Positions 52,700 through 64,000 of a stretch of 64,000 nt of DNA are shown here, piece by piece. The translations under genes were made by a program, and so were the position numbers. The stretch lies in the NCBI RefSeq assembly GCF_009914755.1, contig NC_060928.1; one strand, written 5' to 3'. Source of the DNA: the human T2T-CHM13v2.0 reference genome, Homo sapiens. How positions within the stretch are numbered: position 1 is the first letter of the stretch; every line of letters starts with the position of its first letter. Under the pieces are notes generated by a model. It searched no databases, had not been told where the DNA came from, and saw only the letters and a program-made list of their open reading frames with translations.

Positions 52700-55600
52700 A
52701 ATTCAAAAGCTAGCAGAAGACAAGAAATAACTAATATCAGAGCAGAACTGAAGGAGATAGAGACACGAAACCTTTCAAAAAATCAAGGAATCCAGGAGCT
52801 GTTTTTTTTTTTATATAGATTAACAAAGTAGATAGACTGCTAGCCAGACTAATAAGGAAGAAAAGAGAGAAGAATCAAATAGACACAATAAAAAATGATA
52901 AGGATGATCTCACCACTGATTCCACAGAAATAGAAACTATCACCAGAGAATATTATAAACACCTCTATGCCAATAAACTAGAAAATGTAGAAGGAATGGA
53001 TAAATTCCTGGACACATACACCCTCCCAAGACTAAACCAGGAAGATGTCAAATCTCTGAACAGACCAATAACAAGTTATGAAATTAAGGCAGTAATTAAT
53101 AGCCTACCAACCAAAAAAAAGCCCAGGACTAGAGGGATTCAAAGCCGACTTCTATCAGAGGTACAAAGAGGAGCTGGTACCATTCCTTCTGAAACTATTC
53201 CAAACAGTAGAAAAAGATAGGCTCCTCCCTAATTTTATAAGGCCAGCATCACTCATTTTATAAGGCCAGCATCATCCAAGTACCAAAACCTGGCAGAGAC
53301 ACAACAAAAAAAGAAAATTTCAGGCCAATATCAATGATGAATATCGATGCAGAAATCCACAATAAAATAAAATCCACTGGCAAACCAAACTCAGCAACAT
53401 ATCAAAATGCTTATCCACCACGATCAAGTTGGCTTCATCCCTGGGATGCAAGACTGGTTCAACATATGCAAATCAATAAACGTAATCCATCACATAAACA
53501 GAACCAATGACAAAAACCACATGATTATCTCAACAGATGCAGAAAAGGTCTTAGATAAAATTCAACAGCCATTCATACTAAAAACTCTCAATAAACTAGG
53601 TATTGATGGAACGTATCTCAAAATAATAAGAGCTGTTTATGACAAACCTACAGCCAATATCATACTGAATGGGCAAAAGCCGGAAGCATTCCCTTTGAAA
53701 ACAGGCACAAGACAAGGATGCCCTCTCTCACCACTCCTATTCAACATAGCATTGGATGTTCTGGCCAGGGCAATCAGGCAAGAGATAGAAATAAAGGCTA
53801 TTCAAATAGGAAGAGAGGAAGTCAAATTGTCTCTGTTTGCAGATGACATGATTGTATATTTAGAAAACCTCATTGTCTCAGCTCCAAAACTCCTTAAGCT
53901 GATAAGCAGCTTCAGCAAAGTCTCAGTATACAAAATAAATGTGCAAAAATCAAAAGCATTCCTATACACCAATAATAGACAGCTAAATTATGAGTAAACT
54001 CCCATTCACAATTGCTATAAACAGAATGAAATACCTAGAAATACAACTTACAGGGGATGTGAAGGACCTCTTCAAGGAGAACTACAAACCACTGCTCAAG
54101 GAAATAAGAAAGGACACAAACAAATGTAAAGACATTCCATGCTTATGGATAGGTAGGATAAATATCATGAAAATGGCCATACTGGCCAAAGTAATTTATA
54201 GATTCAATGCTATCCCCATCAAGCTGTCATTGACTTTCTTCACAGAATTAGAAAAAAACTACTTTAAATTTCACATGGAACCAAAAAAGAGCCCATATAG
54301 CCAAGACAATCCTAAGCAAAAGGAACAAAGCTGGAGGCATCATGCTACCTGGATTCAAACTATACTGCAAGGCTACAGTAACCAAAACAGCATGGTACTG
54401 GCACCAAAACAGATATATAGACCAATGGAACAGAAAAGAGGCCTCAGAAATAATGCCACACATTTACAGCCATCTTATCTTTGACAAACCTGACACAAAC
54501 AAGCAATGAGGAAAGGATTCCCTATTTATTAAATGTTGTTGGGAAAACTGGCTAGCCATATGCAGAAAACTGAAACTGGACCCCTTCCTTACACCATATA
54601 CAAAAATTAACTCAAGATGGATTAAAGACTGCAACGTAAGACCTAAAACCATAAAAACCCTAGTAGAAAACCTAGGCAATACCATTCAGGACATAGGCAT
54701 GGGAAAAGACTTTATGACTAAAACACCAAAAGCAATGGCAACAAAAGCCAACATTGACCAATGGGATCTAATTAAACTAAAAAGCTTCTGCACAGCAAAG
54801 GAAACTTCATCAGAGTGAACAGGCAACCTACAGAATGGGAGAAAATTTTTGCAATCTATCCATCTGATAAAGGGCTAGTATCCAGAATCTACAAGGAACT
54901 TAAACAAATTTACAAGAAAAAAACAAACAACCCCATCAAAAAGTAGGCATAAGATATGAACAGATACTTCTCAAAAGAAGACATTTATGTGGCCAACAAA
55001 CATATGAAAAAAAGCTTATCATCACTGGTCCTAAGAGAAATGCAAATCAAAACCACAATAAGGTACCACTCACTCCAGTTAGAATGACGATCATTAAAAA
55101 GTCAGGAAACAACAGATGCTGGAGAGGATGTACAGAAATAGGAGTGCTTTTATACTACTAGTGGGAGTGTAAATTAGTTCAACCATTGTGGAAGACATGT
55201 GACAATTCCTTAAGGATCTAGAACCAGAAATACCATTTGACTCAGCAATCCCGTTATTTAGAAGGATTATAAATCCCATAGAACGATTATAAATCATTCT
55301 ATTATAAAGACATGCACACGTATGTTTATTGCAGCACTATTCACAATAGCAAAGACTTGGAACCAACACAAATGCCCATCAGTGATAGACTGGATAAAGA
55401 AAATGTGGCACATCCATATACACCATGTAATACTATACAACCATATAAAAGGATGAGTTCATGTCTTTTGCAGGGTGAAGCTGGAAACCATCATTCTCAG
55501 CAAACTAACACAGGAACAGAAAACCAAACACCGAATGTTCTCAGTCATAAGTGGGAGTTGAACAATGAGAACACATGGACACAAGGAGGGGAACATCACA

Positions 55601-55775
55601 CACTGGGGCCTGTCAGTGGGTGGGGGTCCAGGGGATGGATAGCATTAGGAGAAATACCTAATATAGATGACGGGTTGATGGGTGCAGCAAACCATCATGG
55701 CACGTGTATACCTATGTAACAAACTTGCACATTCTGCACATGTATCCCAGAACTTAATATATAATTTTAAAAAAA
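52700..55775 (+). mobile_element. 5'-truncated L1PA (L1PA7-like) with disrupted ORF2
   Basis: ORF 53407-53997 carries L1 RT motifs [15 protein letters not shown] and LFADDMIVY. Frameshifts and stops present. 3' UTR gatagcattaggagaaatacctaat and A-rich tail. Confidence 0.96.
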
Positions 55776-55916
55776 TTACAAATAGAAATCAAGTTACTCT
55801 GTCAAACTACACTTCTTCCTCACTATATGATACCTTGCTAGTTAAGAATTATTATTTCCTAAGCCCATATATATATTTAATCTTTGCCTTCTACAGATAA
55901 ATAGAAGAAAACAAGG

Positions 55917-56074
55917 TTTTTTTTCTGTTTATTTTTTATATATCTTTTTTCTTTCAGAGATGGGGGTGTCTCACTATTTTGCCCAGATTATTCTCGATCT
56001 CCTGGGCTCAAACAATCCTCTCACCACAGCCTCCCAAATGCTGAGGTTACAGGCATAAGCCACCATGCCTGGCT
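55917..56074 (-). mobile_element. FLAM_C/Alu monomer
   Basis: ctcctgggctcaaacaatcct...ccaccatgcctggct. Confidence 0.8.
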
Positions 56075-56352
56075 GACAAGAAGTTTTCATCAAGCGCCTA
56101 CTCCATGCTAGACAATGTACTATGTATGCATTCTTCTCACCCTATGATTTATCAAAGGAGGTTATTGAGATAGTGTCTTTTGCAATACAATATTGTAACA
56201 ATTATTATTTAATTCATTTTCCTTTGCTTATGCAAGTTATAGTAGAACTACATTATACTGTCAAATCATACTGAGGATCTAATAAACTAAACATTCCTGC
56301 TATTCTTAACGTAACTGCTATTCTTAATGTAACTTTTACTGTTCTTTTATAG

Positions 56353-56659
<307 letters not shown>

Positions 56660-57039
56660 AGCATAATCAGTTCTTTTAATCAAATACAGAGATTCATACT
56701 TACAGGTAAACAATTTGTGTTTTCCCTTGCCTATTTTTTTTGAGATTGCTTAAATTACTAATTTTTAAAAGTCATATTAACCATGGTTTCTAACATTTCA
56801 TCATTTAATGTTTTGATTAGCATGCCATTTCTAAGTTCAAGTATTTGATTAAAATGTTACAGTAGATAGAACATAATCTAAGCACTTTTTTCTTCAACAT
56901 ACTACCAGAAAAATCTATCTGTGCTAACTTTGGCCATTACTGCTAGTGAAAACTTAATTTTGTCATCTATAATATTATTATTTACAAAATCATGTTCTGA
57001 GTGCTAATTTTATTCTGAGAAACATACTGGTGTTAGTTT

Positions 57040-57210
57040 TAAAAAATGTTTTAAACAACTCATTAAGTAGAAACTATTATACACACTTTGCATATGAGGT
57101 AAACAAAGTTTAGAAAGCAGAGTTAATTTTCATAATGGCACAGAACTGTTAAATTGCAAAGCCAGAAATCAAACTCACATGTGTCTAAATGGAGAGTCCC
57201 ACTGTTTAGC
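57040..57210 (-). mobile_element. MIR fragment
   Basis: ttttgcatatgaggtaaac...agccagaaatcaaactca. Confidence 0.55.
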
Positions 57211-57812
57211 TCTAGGCTACAAATATTTCTATGGTTTTCCTTGGAATCAACATCAAACTTGTTAGTCTGTAGTTTCTGAAATCTACTATGATTTACATCA
57301 AAATACCATGGCCACGAATCAATTTATCGATATTTCACAAAGTTTATTAACAATGAAACTTTGATTCTGACTATAGAAATCCTCTGGAATCTAGGATGTG
57401 ATTCATCTGCTTACAGCAATTTGAACATACTGAAAGTAGCTACATTATTTTTACTCTATCTTGGCTTATCTAGGGTTTCAAAAATCTTTTAATATTATAA
57501 ATGTTAATGATAGGCATTTTTACAGTTAAAAATGACTATAAAAAAGAGAGATTGAGACATTGAAAAGTTCTACATTTTCTCCATCATTTGTTAATATAAA
57601 AATATTACCCACATCCAAGAAATATTTTACATTTCCTTTTTCTGCTTCTTTTTTTTTTCCTCGTTAGAATTTTTCTAGCTACCTTCTACTGCTTCTTATT
57701 ATATACTTGTGAAAGCATCTTCCTTGTCTTTAGTGTTTTCCATTAAGTGTAGCACATCCAGAAATTTGTTCTTCTTTATACAATTATATATATTCATGCA
57801 ACTTTAAAACAG

Positions 57813-58101
57813 TTTTTAATTTTTTTGGAGACAGGGTCTCATTCTGTCACCCTGGCTGGAATGCAACAGCACTATCATAGCAGCTCACTGCAGCCTTGAA
57901 CTTCTGGGCTCAACCAATCCTCCTGCCTCAGCCTCCCAAGTAGCTACAACTACACGTGTGCACCACCACACCTGGCTAATTTAATTTTTTTTTGTCTTGC
58001 TATGCTACTCAGGCTGGTCTCAAGCTTCTGGCCCCTATTGACTCTCTTATCTTTAACTCCTAAACTGTTGAGATTACAGGACTGAGACACTGCACTTAGC
58101 C
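57813..58101 (-). mobile_element. AluJ element
   Basis: gagacagggtctc, gctcactgcagcctt, gggctcaa. TSD TCATGCAACTTT. Confidence 0.9.
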
Positions 58102-58764
58102 TCATGCAACTTTTTAATAATCTTTTTCGTACAATTCAATCTTTTTATTATGAGAAGGATATTTATGCATATAGATTAAGACATATTTTAGATACTGCTG
58201 TATCAAGTATTAACAGTGCTTTTGTATTATTTAAAACAGAAGAATGTGCCCTCTGAGCAGACAAAACACAAGAGCTACCCCTTCTTCGGAGCCGATGCTG
58301 CTTCTCTTAGGGTGAGTAACTTGCCTAGAGAGCATTATCTGGATGCCTGTCCCAACTCCACCCCTGGCTAGATAGCAGCCTGCACATTCTCATGCTTTCT
58401 ATAGTTTCTATTTTTTCAGAGAGTTGATCTTCTTATGGGCTTACATAGTAGTTCAGACATTTCCTATCATAGGATTTTTCATAACAATTACCTAGATTGT
58501 AACTTTATGATGTGAGGGAGTAGTCATATCTTGTTTACCATTGTATACCTGCAAATAAGATACTCTGTGGAACATATATTGTTATTTACAACATGCATTA
58601 ATATTTTAAATAAGGACAAAAATTAGTACTGAAATATCTGAGAAACTCAAATTACTTATTATGTCCAAATTATTTTCTAACTCAAATTAAAATTCAACTC
58701 ATGACTCCTTTGATATATATACCAATAAACTATATGATGTATTATATGTTATCATTTATCAAGA

Positions 58765-61700
58765 AAGAGAGACATTGCCGAAATGGTGGAATAAAAGCAA
58801 TATGGCTTCACTGTCCCCAATGGAAAACCAACAACAATTATCCAGTGCCAAAATTAACACCAACAATATCCCAGAACTCCCAATTTAGTCTGAAATGAAT
58901 CCTGGAGCCACAGAGAAGTGAAAAACCATGAGCAGAAGATAGAAGAAATGGACGTCTCTATTTGCAATGCCTCTCCCACCAACAGTAAGGCACCATGCAG
59001 AGAAGTCTCCCGGATTCACAATTTCCATACTGGATGAAGAGAGATTGATGCAGACAGCCCATTTCCCACTCATTTTGGTCCCTACACAGGAAAACCATTC
59101 CTGCCTCAATCTGTGGGAAGACTTGCGAGTGCCTGAGGGAGAGGGCAGCTGGAGACAGACAGTGGAGGTAGGGCTAGTAGCCCCAGGAAATGAAACTCAG
59201 ACAAATAAAATGTCAAATCAGAGAGGTGGTTCAGCAGCATTATTCTGTGAGAGGCACACTCCATGGGCCATGTGGACAAGACCCCTTAGCCAGTCTCCTC
59301 ACACAGCTGGGACATTCCCTTTGGGACCCCACTCCTTTGGGACAGGCAGGCCTTCAAATTTTTGCTAGAGCTGTGATAATACTGAGTTAAGGTGCCACCT
59401 AGTGGCAAAAAGAGGGAGTGACCTAGAGCTAAAGGTGTCAATATGCAGACTGCACAGAACCTTTCAACACACATATGTTAGAGAAACCAAACCAGCCCGA
59501 CAAGCAAATACTGGAATAAATAACTAATCATTCAATGCAAATCAATAGACTTACATCCATAAGAAATGATGACAGCAAACTGGGAACCTCCCCAAACGGA
59601 CAAAGTAGGGAACCAGTGTCTGATTCCAGCAAGATGGTGATGTGAGCTTTCAGATCAAGAATTCAAAATAAGAGTATTGAGGAAACTCAACAAAATCCAA
59701 GATAATGCAAACAAGCAATTTGGAAGTTTATTAGAGATTAACACAATAAAAAGCAAACAGAGATCCTGGAACTAAGAAATACATTGGCTGAAATAACAAA
59801 TGTATCAGAGGGTCTCTACAACAGAACCAATCAAACAGAAGAAAGATATTGTGAGTTCAAAGGCAGAACATTTGAAAATATGTAGTCAAAGGAGAAAAAG
59901 AAAAATAATAATGAAAAGGAATTAAAAATGTCTACAACATCTAGAAAGTCACCTTAAAAGAACAAATCTAAGAGTCACTGAACATAGGGATTTGAAAAAA
60001 AGAAAGTGGTAGAAAGTATATTTAAAAAAAAACAAAACAGAAAACTTTAACACCTGGAGAAAGATATAAATATCCAAGTACAGGAAGGTCAAAGATTACC
60101 AAACAAATTCAGCCCATGTAACACTACCCCAAGGCATATAATAATCAAACTCTCAAATATCAGGACAACAAATATTCATAGGCATCAATGGAAAAGAAGC
60201 TAATTACATATAAAGGAGCTCTGACTTGTCTGGCAACAGAATTCTCAGCAGAAACCATACAGGTAAGGAGGGAGTGGATGATACCTTCAAACTGCTGAAG
60301 AAAAAAATGCTAACTGAGAATAAATTATCCAACAAAGCTATTCTTCAAACATGAAGAAGAGATACTTTTCTAGACAAATGGAAGCTAAGGTAATTCATCA
60401 CCACTGGATCTGTCTTATAATAAATGCTACAGAGAGTTCTTTAATCAGAAAGAAAAGGATGTTAACATGCAACACAGAAAATCATCTGAAGGTATAAAGC
60501 CTACTGGTAAAATTAAGTACACAGACAAATTCTGAATGCTTTATTACTGTAATTGTGGTGTGTAAACCACTCATACCTCTAGTATTAACACAAAATGCAA
60601 ATGTATCAAAAATTACTGCAATGATTTTTTAAGAGATAGGTGAATATAAAAACACACAAATTGAGATTTAAGAACATCAAAAAGTTGGAGGATGGAGTTA
60701 AAGTGTAGAGTATTTTTAGTTCATTCTTTGCTTTTCATTTAAAGATAGTAATTTCAACTTTTATTTTAGATTCAGAGAATAGAAGTGCAGGTTTGTTACA
60801 TCGGTGTGTTGCATGATGAAGACTGGGGTATAATTAATCCAGTCACTCAGATAGTGAGCATAGTACCCGAGTTAATTTTTCAACACTTGTCCTGTTCCCT
60901 CTCTTTCCCTATTTGTCCCCAGTCTCTATTTTTGCCATCTTTATGTCCACGTTTACCCAATGTTTAGGTCCTACTTATAAGTGAGAACATGTGGTATTTG
61001 GTTTTCTGTTCCTGTGTTATTTCACTTAGGATAATGGCCTTCAGTTCCATCCATGTTGCTGCAAGGGACATGATTTTTTCCTATTTTATGGTTGCTTATT
61101 ATTCTGTGCTGTGTATGTAACACATTTTCTTTATAAAATCCACCTTTGATGGATCCTAAATTGATTTCATGTCTTTGCTACTGTGAACAGTGCTGCAATG
61201 AACATATGAGTGCATGTGACTTTTTGGTAGAATGATTCATTTTCCTTTGGATATATAGCCAGTAATGGGATTGCTGGGTCAAATGGTATTTCTCTTTTAA
61301 GTGCTTTGAAAAATCTCTAACATGCTTTCCACAGTGGCTGAAGTAATTTACACTCCCACCAAGAGTTTACAAATGTTCTCTTTTCTCTACAGCCTCGCCA
61401 ACATCTGTTGTTTTTGATTTCTTAATAATAGCCATTCGGACTTGCGGGAGGTAATTTCTTATTGTGGTTTTGATTTGCATTTCTCTGAAGATTAGTGATG
61501 TTGAACATATTTTTATGTTTATTGGTCACTTGTATGTCTTCTTATTAAAAGTGTCTGTTCATGTTGTTGGCCCACTTCTTAATGGGATTATTTCTTTTTT
61601 CCTTGTTGAATTGTTTAAGTTCTTTATAGATTCTGAATATTAGATCTTTAATGGATGCATGCTTTGTGAATGTTTATCCCATTCTGCATGTTGTCTGTTT

Positions 61701-62707
61701 ATTTTATTGGTAGTTTCTTTTTCTGCGCAGAATCTCTTTAGTTTAATTAGGTCCCACATGTCAATTGTCGTTTGTGTTGCAATTGCTTTTGAGCACTTAG
61801 TTATAAATTTTTTCCCAAGGCCAATGTCCAGAGGTTTTCTGGTAGGTTTTCTCTTAGGATTCTTATAGTTTGAGGGCTCACATTTAAATCTTTAATCCAT
61901 CTTGAGTTAATATTTGTATATGGTAAAAGGGAGGGATTCAGTTACATTTTTCTGCATATAAGCAGTCAGCTATCCCAGCACCATTTATTTAGTAGATGGT
62001 CCTTTCTTCATTGCTTATTTTTATTGACTTCATTGAAAATCATATGGCTGTAAGTGTATGGCTTTGTTTCTGGGTTGCCTATTCTGCTGGTCTATGGTCT
62101 ATTTGCCTGTTTTTGTGCCAGAGTACCATTTTGTTTTAATTCTTGTAGCCTTATAGTTTGAAGTCAGGCAATGTGATGCCTCTGGCTTTGTTCCTTTTGC
62201 TTAGCATTGCTTTGGCTGAATTCAGCCTTTGTTTCTTTTCATTCATTGTGATAAAAGTTAAGTTATTTTCCATTTAAAATAACTTTTTATAAATCTGAGA
62301 TTTTTTTGTAAGCCTCCTGGTAACTACAAAGGAAAAACACACAATGGATATGCTAAAAAAAAAAAAAAAGTAATTGAAACATACTACAGGAGAAAATCAC
62401 TTAACCAAAAACAAAGATGTTAATAAAGAGTAACAAAACAACCAAAAAATAACAAAATGGCAGTAGTAAATGCTTGCCTATCAATAATAACATTGAATAT
62501 AAATGGACTAAATTTTCCAATTAAAAGACAGACTGACTGAATGGATTTTAAGAAACAGATCCAACTATATGCTGCCTACAAGAAACTAACTTCACTGTAA
62601 AGATACACAGAATGAGAGCGAAGGTATGGAGAAAGATATTTTACACAAACGAAAGTCAAAAAATAGTACGAGTAGCTATATGTGTATCAGATAAAATAGA
62701 CTTCGAG
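58765..62707 (+). mobile_element. Old L1 (L1M1/L1M2-type) 5' part: 5' UTR, ORF1, start of ORF2; interrupted
   Basis: ORF1-like gaattcaaaata...gaggaaactc and ctggcaacagaattctcagcagaaacc. ORF2 start atggcagtagtaaat...ataacattgaatataaatggactaaat near 62457. Confidence 0.8.
60752..62217 (-). mobile_element. L1PA16-like 3' fragment nested in the older L1
   Basis: tcaacttttattttagattcag...gtgcaggtttgttacat...gtgagaacatgtggtatttgg. Confidence 0.9.
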
Positions 62708-63070
62708 TCATATTATTATTATTAACCAGAATGAGATATTTTGTATTTTCCTAGACAGAAACATTTCACCTTCACTATATGATGCACATACTTTATAATC
62801 AAAGTTAGAGTAGAAAACTGTTTTTCTTTTTATATGAACGGTCTAAGATGTTGTTTCTTACAGCATTACATTTTTAAAAAATTTAACTAAAGTCACTAAT
62901 TGCTACTTGATCCCAACCCCTTGTTTAATAATGAACACATACAAATTGCTATTCTTTAAATTTTTCTACAAAATTATTTTGAATTATTTCCTCCCATTGG
63001 TTTACTTCAATTCTCGGACCCATACCTAAAAATTGTATTCACTTCTTTTTATTAGAATGCATAACATTTC

Positions 63071-63358
63071 TTATTTTAGATAGACTTTATTTTTAGAGCA
63101 GTTTTAGGTTCACAGCAAAATTGAGCAGAACATAAAGAGGTCCCTCATATGTTTCCTACCCCTACACATACATAGCTTTCCCTATTATTGACATCCCGCA
63201 CCACAGTGGTACATTTGTTACAACCAATGAACTTACATTAGCACATCATTATCACCCAAAGTCCATACTTTACGTTAGGGTTCAGTCTTAGTGTTGTACA
63301 TTCTATGGTTTTAGATAAATGTATAATAACATATATTCATATTTATAGTAGCATACAG
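63071..63358 (-). mobile_element. L1MC1-like 3' end
   Basis: tttttagagcagttttaggttcacagcaaaattgag, cattatcacccaaagtccata. Confidence 0.85.
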
Positions 63359-63457
63359 TGAAGAAAATATGTCCAGGTTTATTAATCAGCACTGTATACC
63401 TTTATCAGCTGTTAAATAACAACAACAAACAATGGCAGGTTTTCAGTCTCCACCTAT

Positions 63458-64000
63458 TGAGAGGTGAAGCCAGCTGGGCTTCTGGGTCGGGTGGGGACAT
63501 GGAAAACTTTTCTCTCTAGCTAGAGGATTATAAACACACCAATCAGCACTCTGTGTTTAGCTAAAGGATTGTAAATGCACCAATCAGCACTCTGTAAAAA
63601 GGCACCAATCGGCACTCTGTGTCTAGCTAAAGAATTGTAAATGCAGCAATCAGCACTCTGTAAAAATGCACCAATCAGTGCTCTGTGTCTAGCCGAAGGA
63701 TTGTAAATGCACCAATCAGCCTCTTAAAAACGCACCAATCAGCGCTCTGTGTCTAGCTAAAGGATTGTAAATGCACCAATCAGCACTCCATAAAATGGAC
63801 CAATCGCACTCTGTAAAATGGAAAAAACAGCACTTTGTAAAATGGACCAGTCAGCAGGGTGTGAGCGGGGCCAAATAAGGGAATAAAAGCTGGCCACCAG
63901 AGCCAGCAGCGGCAACCCGCTTGGGTCACCATCCTTGCTGTGGAAGCTTTGTTCTTTCACTCTTCACAATAAATCTTGCTGCTGCTCACTCTTTGGATCT
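63458..64000 (+). mobile_element. LTR12 (ERV9; LTR12/LTR12F-like), runs off the window
   Basis: tgagaggtgaagccagctgggcttctgggtcggg start, tandem caccaatcagcactctg repeats, TATA-like GAATAAAA near 63882, AATAAA at 63968. Confidence 0.95.

Noticed and set aside
53407-54484. Reverse transcriptase ORFs as an active or novel RT system
   Set aside because: Ordinary 5'-truncated L1PA ORF2 with frameshifts and stops; no endonuclease domain or ORF1.
58240-58317. Plus-strand donor GG|GTGAGT near 58312, and GTAAGT near 14523
   Set aside because: No convincing paired acceptor; isolated donors are expected by chance.
58967-59368. 133-aa ORF in a GC-richer stretch
   Set aside because: Lies in the 5' UTR of an old L1 upstream of the ORF1 remnant; no recognisable protein.

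Overview
This window is AT-rich primate (human-like) non-coding genomic DNA, not prokaryotic. I find no intact protein-coding gene, rRNA, tRNA or CRISPR array. A large part of it is interspersed repeats: Alu/FLAM, L1, L2, MIR, hAT MITEs, and many LTR/ERV pieces (ERV1 MER4-group, HERV-L/MLT2A, MaLR, LTR16, LTR22/HML-5, LTR12/ERV9). Almost all ORFs in the track are chance ORFs or retroelement remnants (HERV-L gag and dUTPase, L1 reverse transcriptase). The items most worth checking are: (1) a 41-bp minisatellite at 41982-42261 whose units combine a small hairpin with CCAAT, ETS and GATA motifs; (2) an LTR22 solo LTR carrying a decayed tRNA-Met primer-binding site inside its target-site duplication (TSD); (3) a three-level nested insertion (FLAM > ERV1 > HERV-L) trimmed by a deletion; (4) candidate minus-strand exons in the first 4 kb. 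I cannot support a claim of a new biological system. Repeat subfamily names come from remembered consensus motifs and need RepeatMasker/Dfam confirmation. Boundaries of old repeats are approximate.
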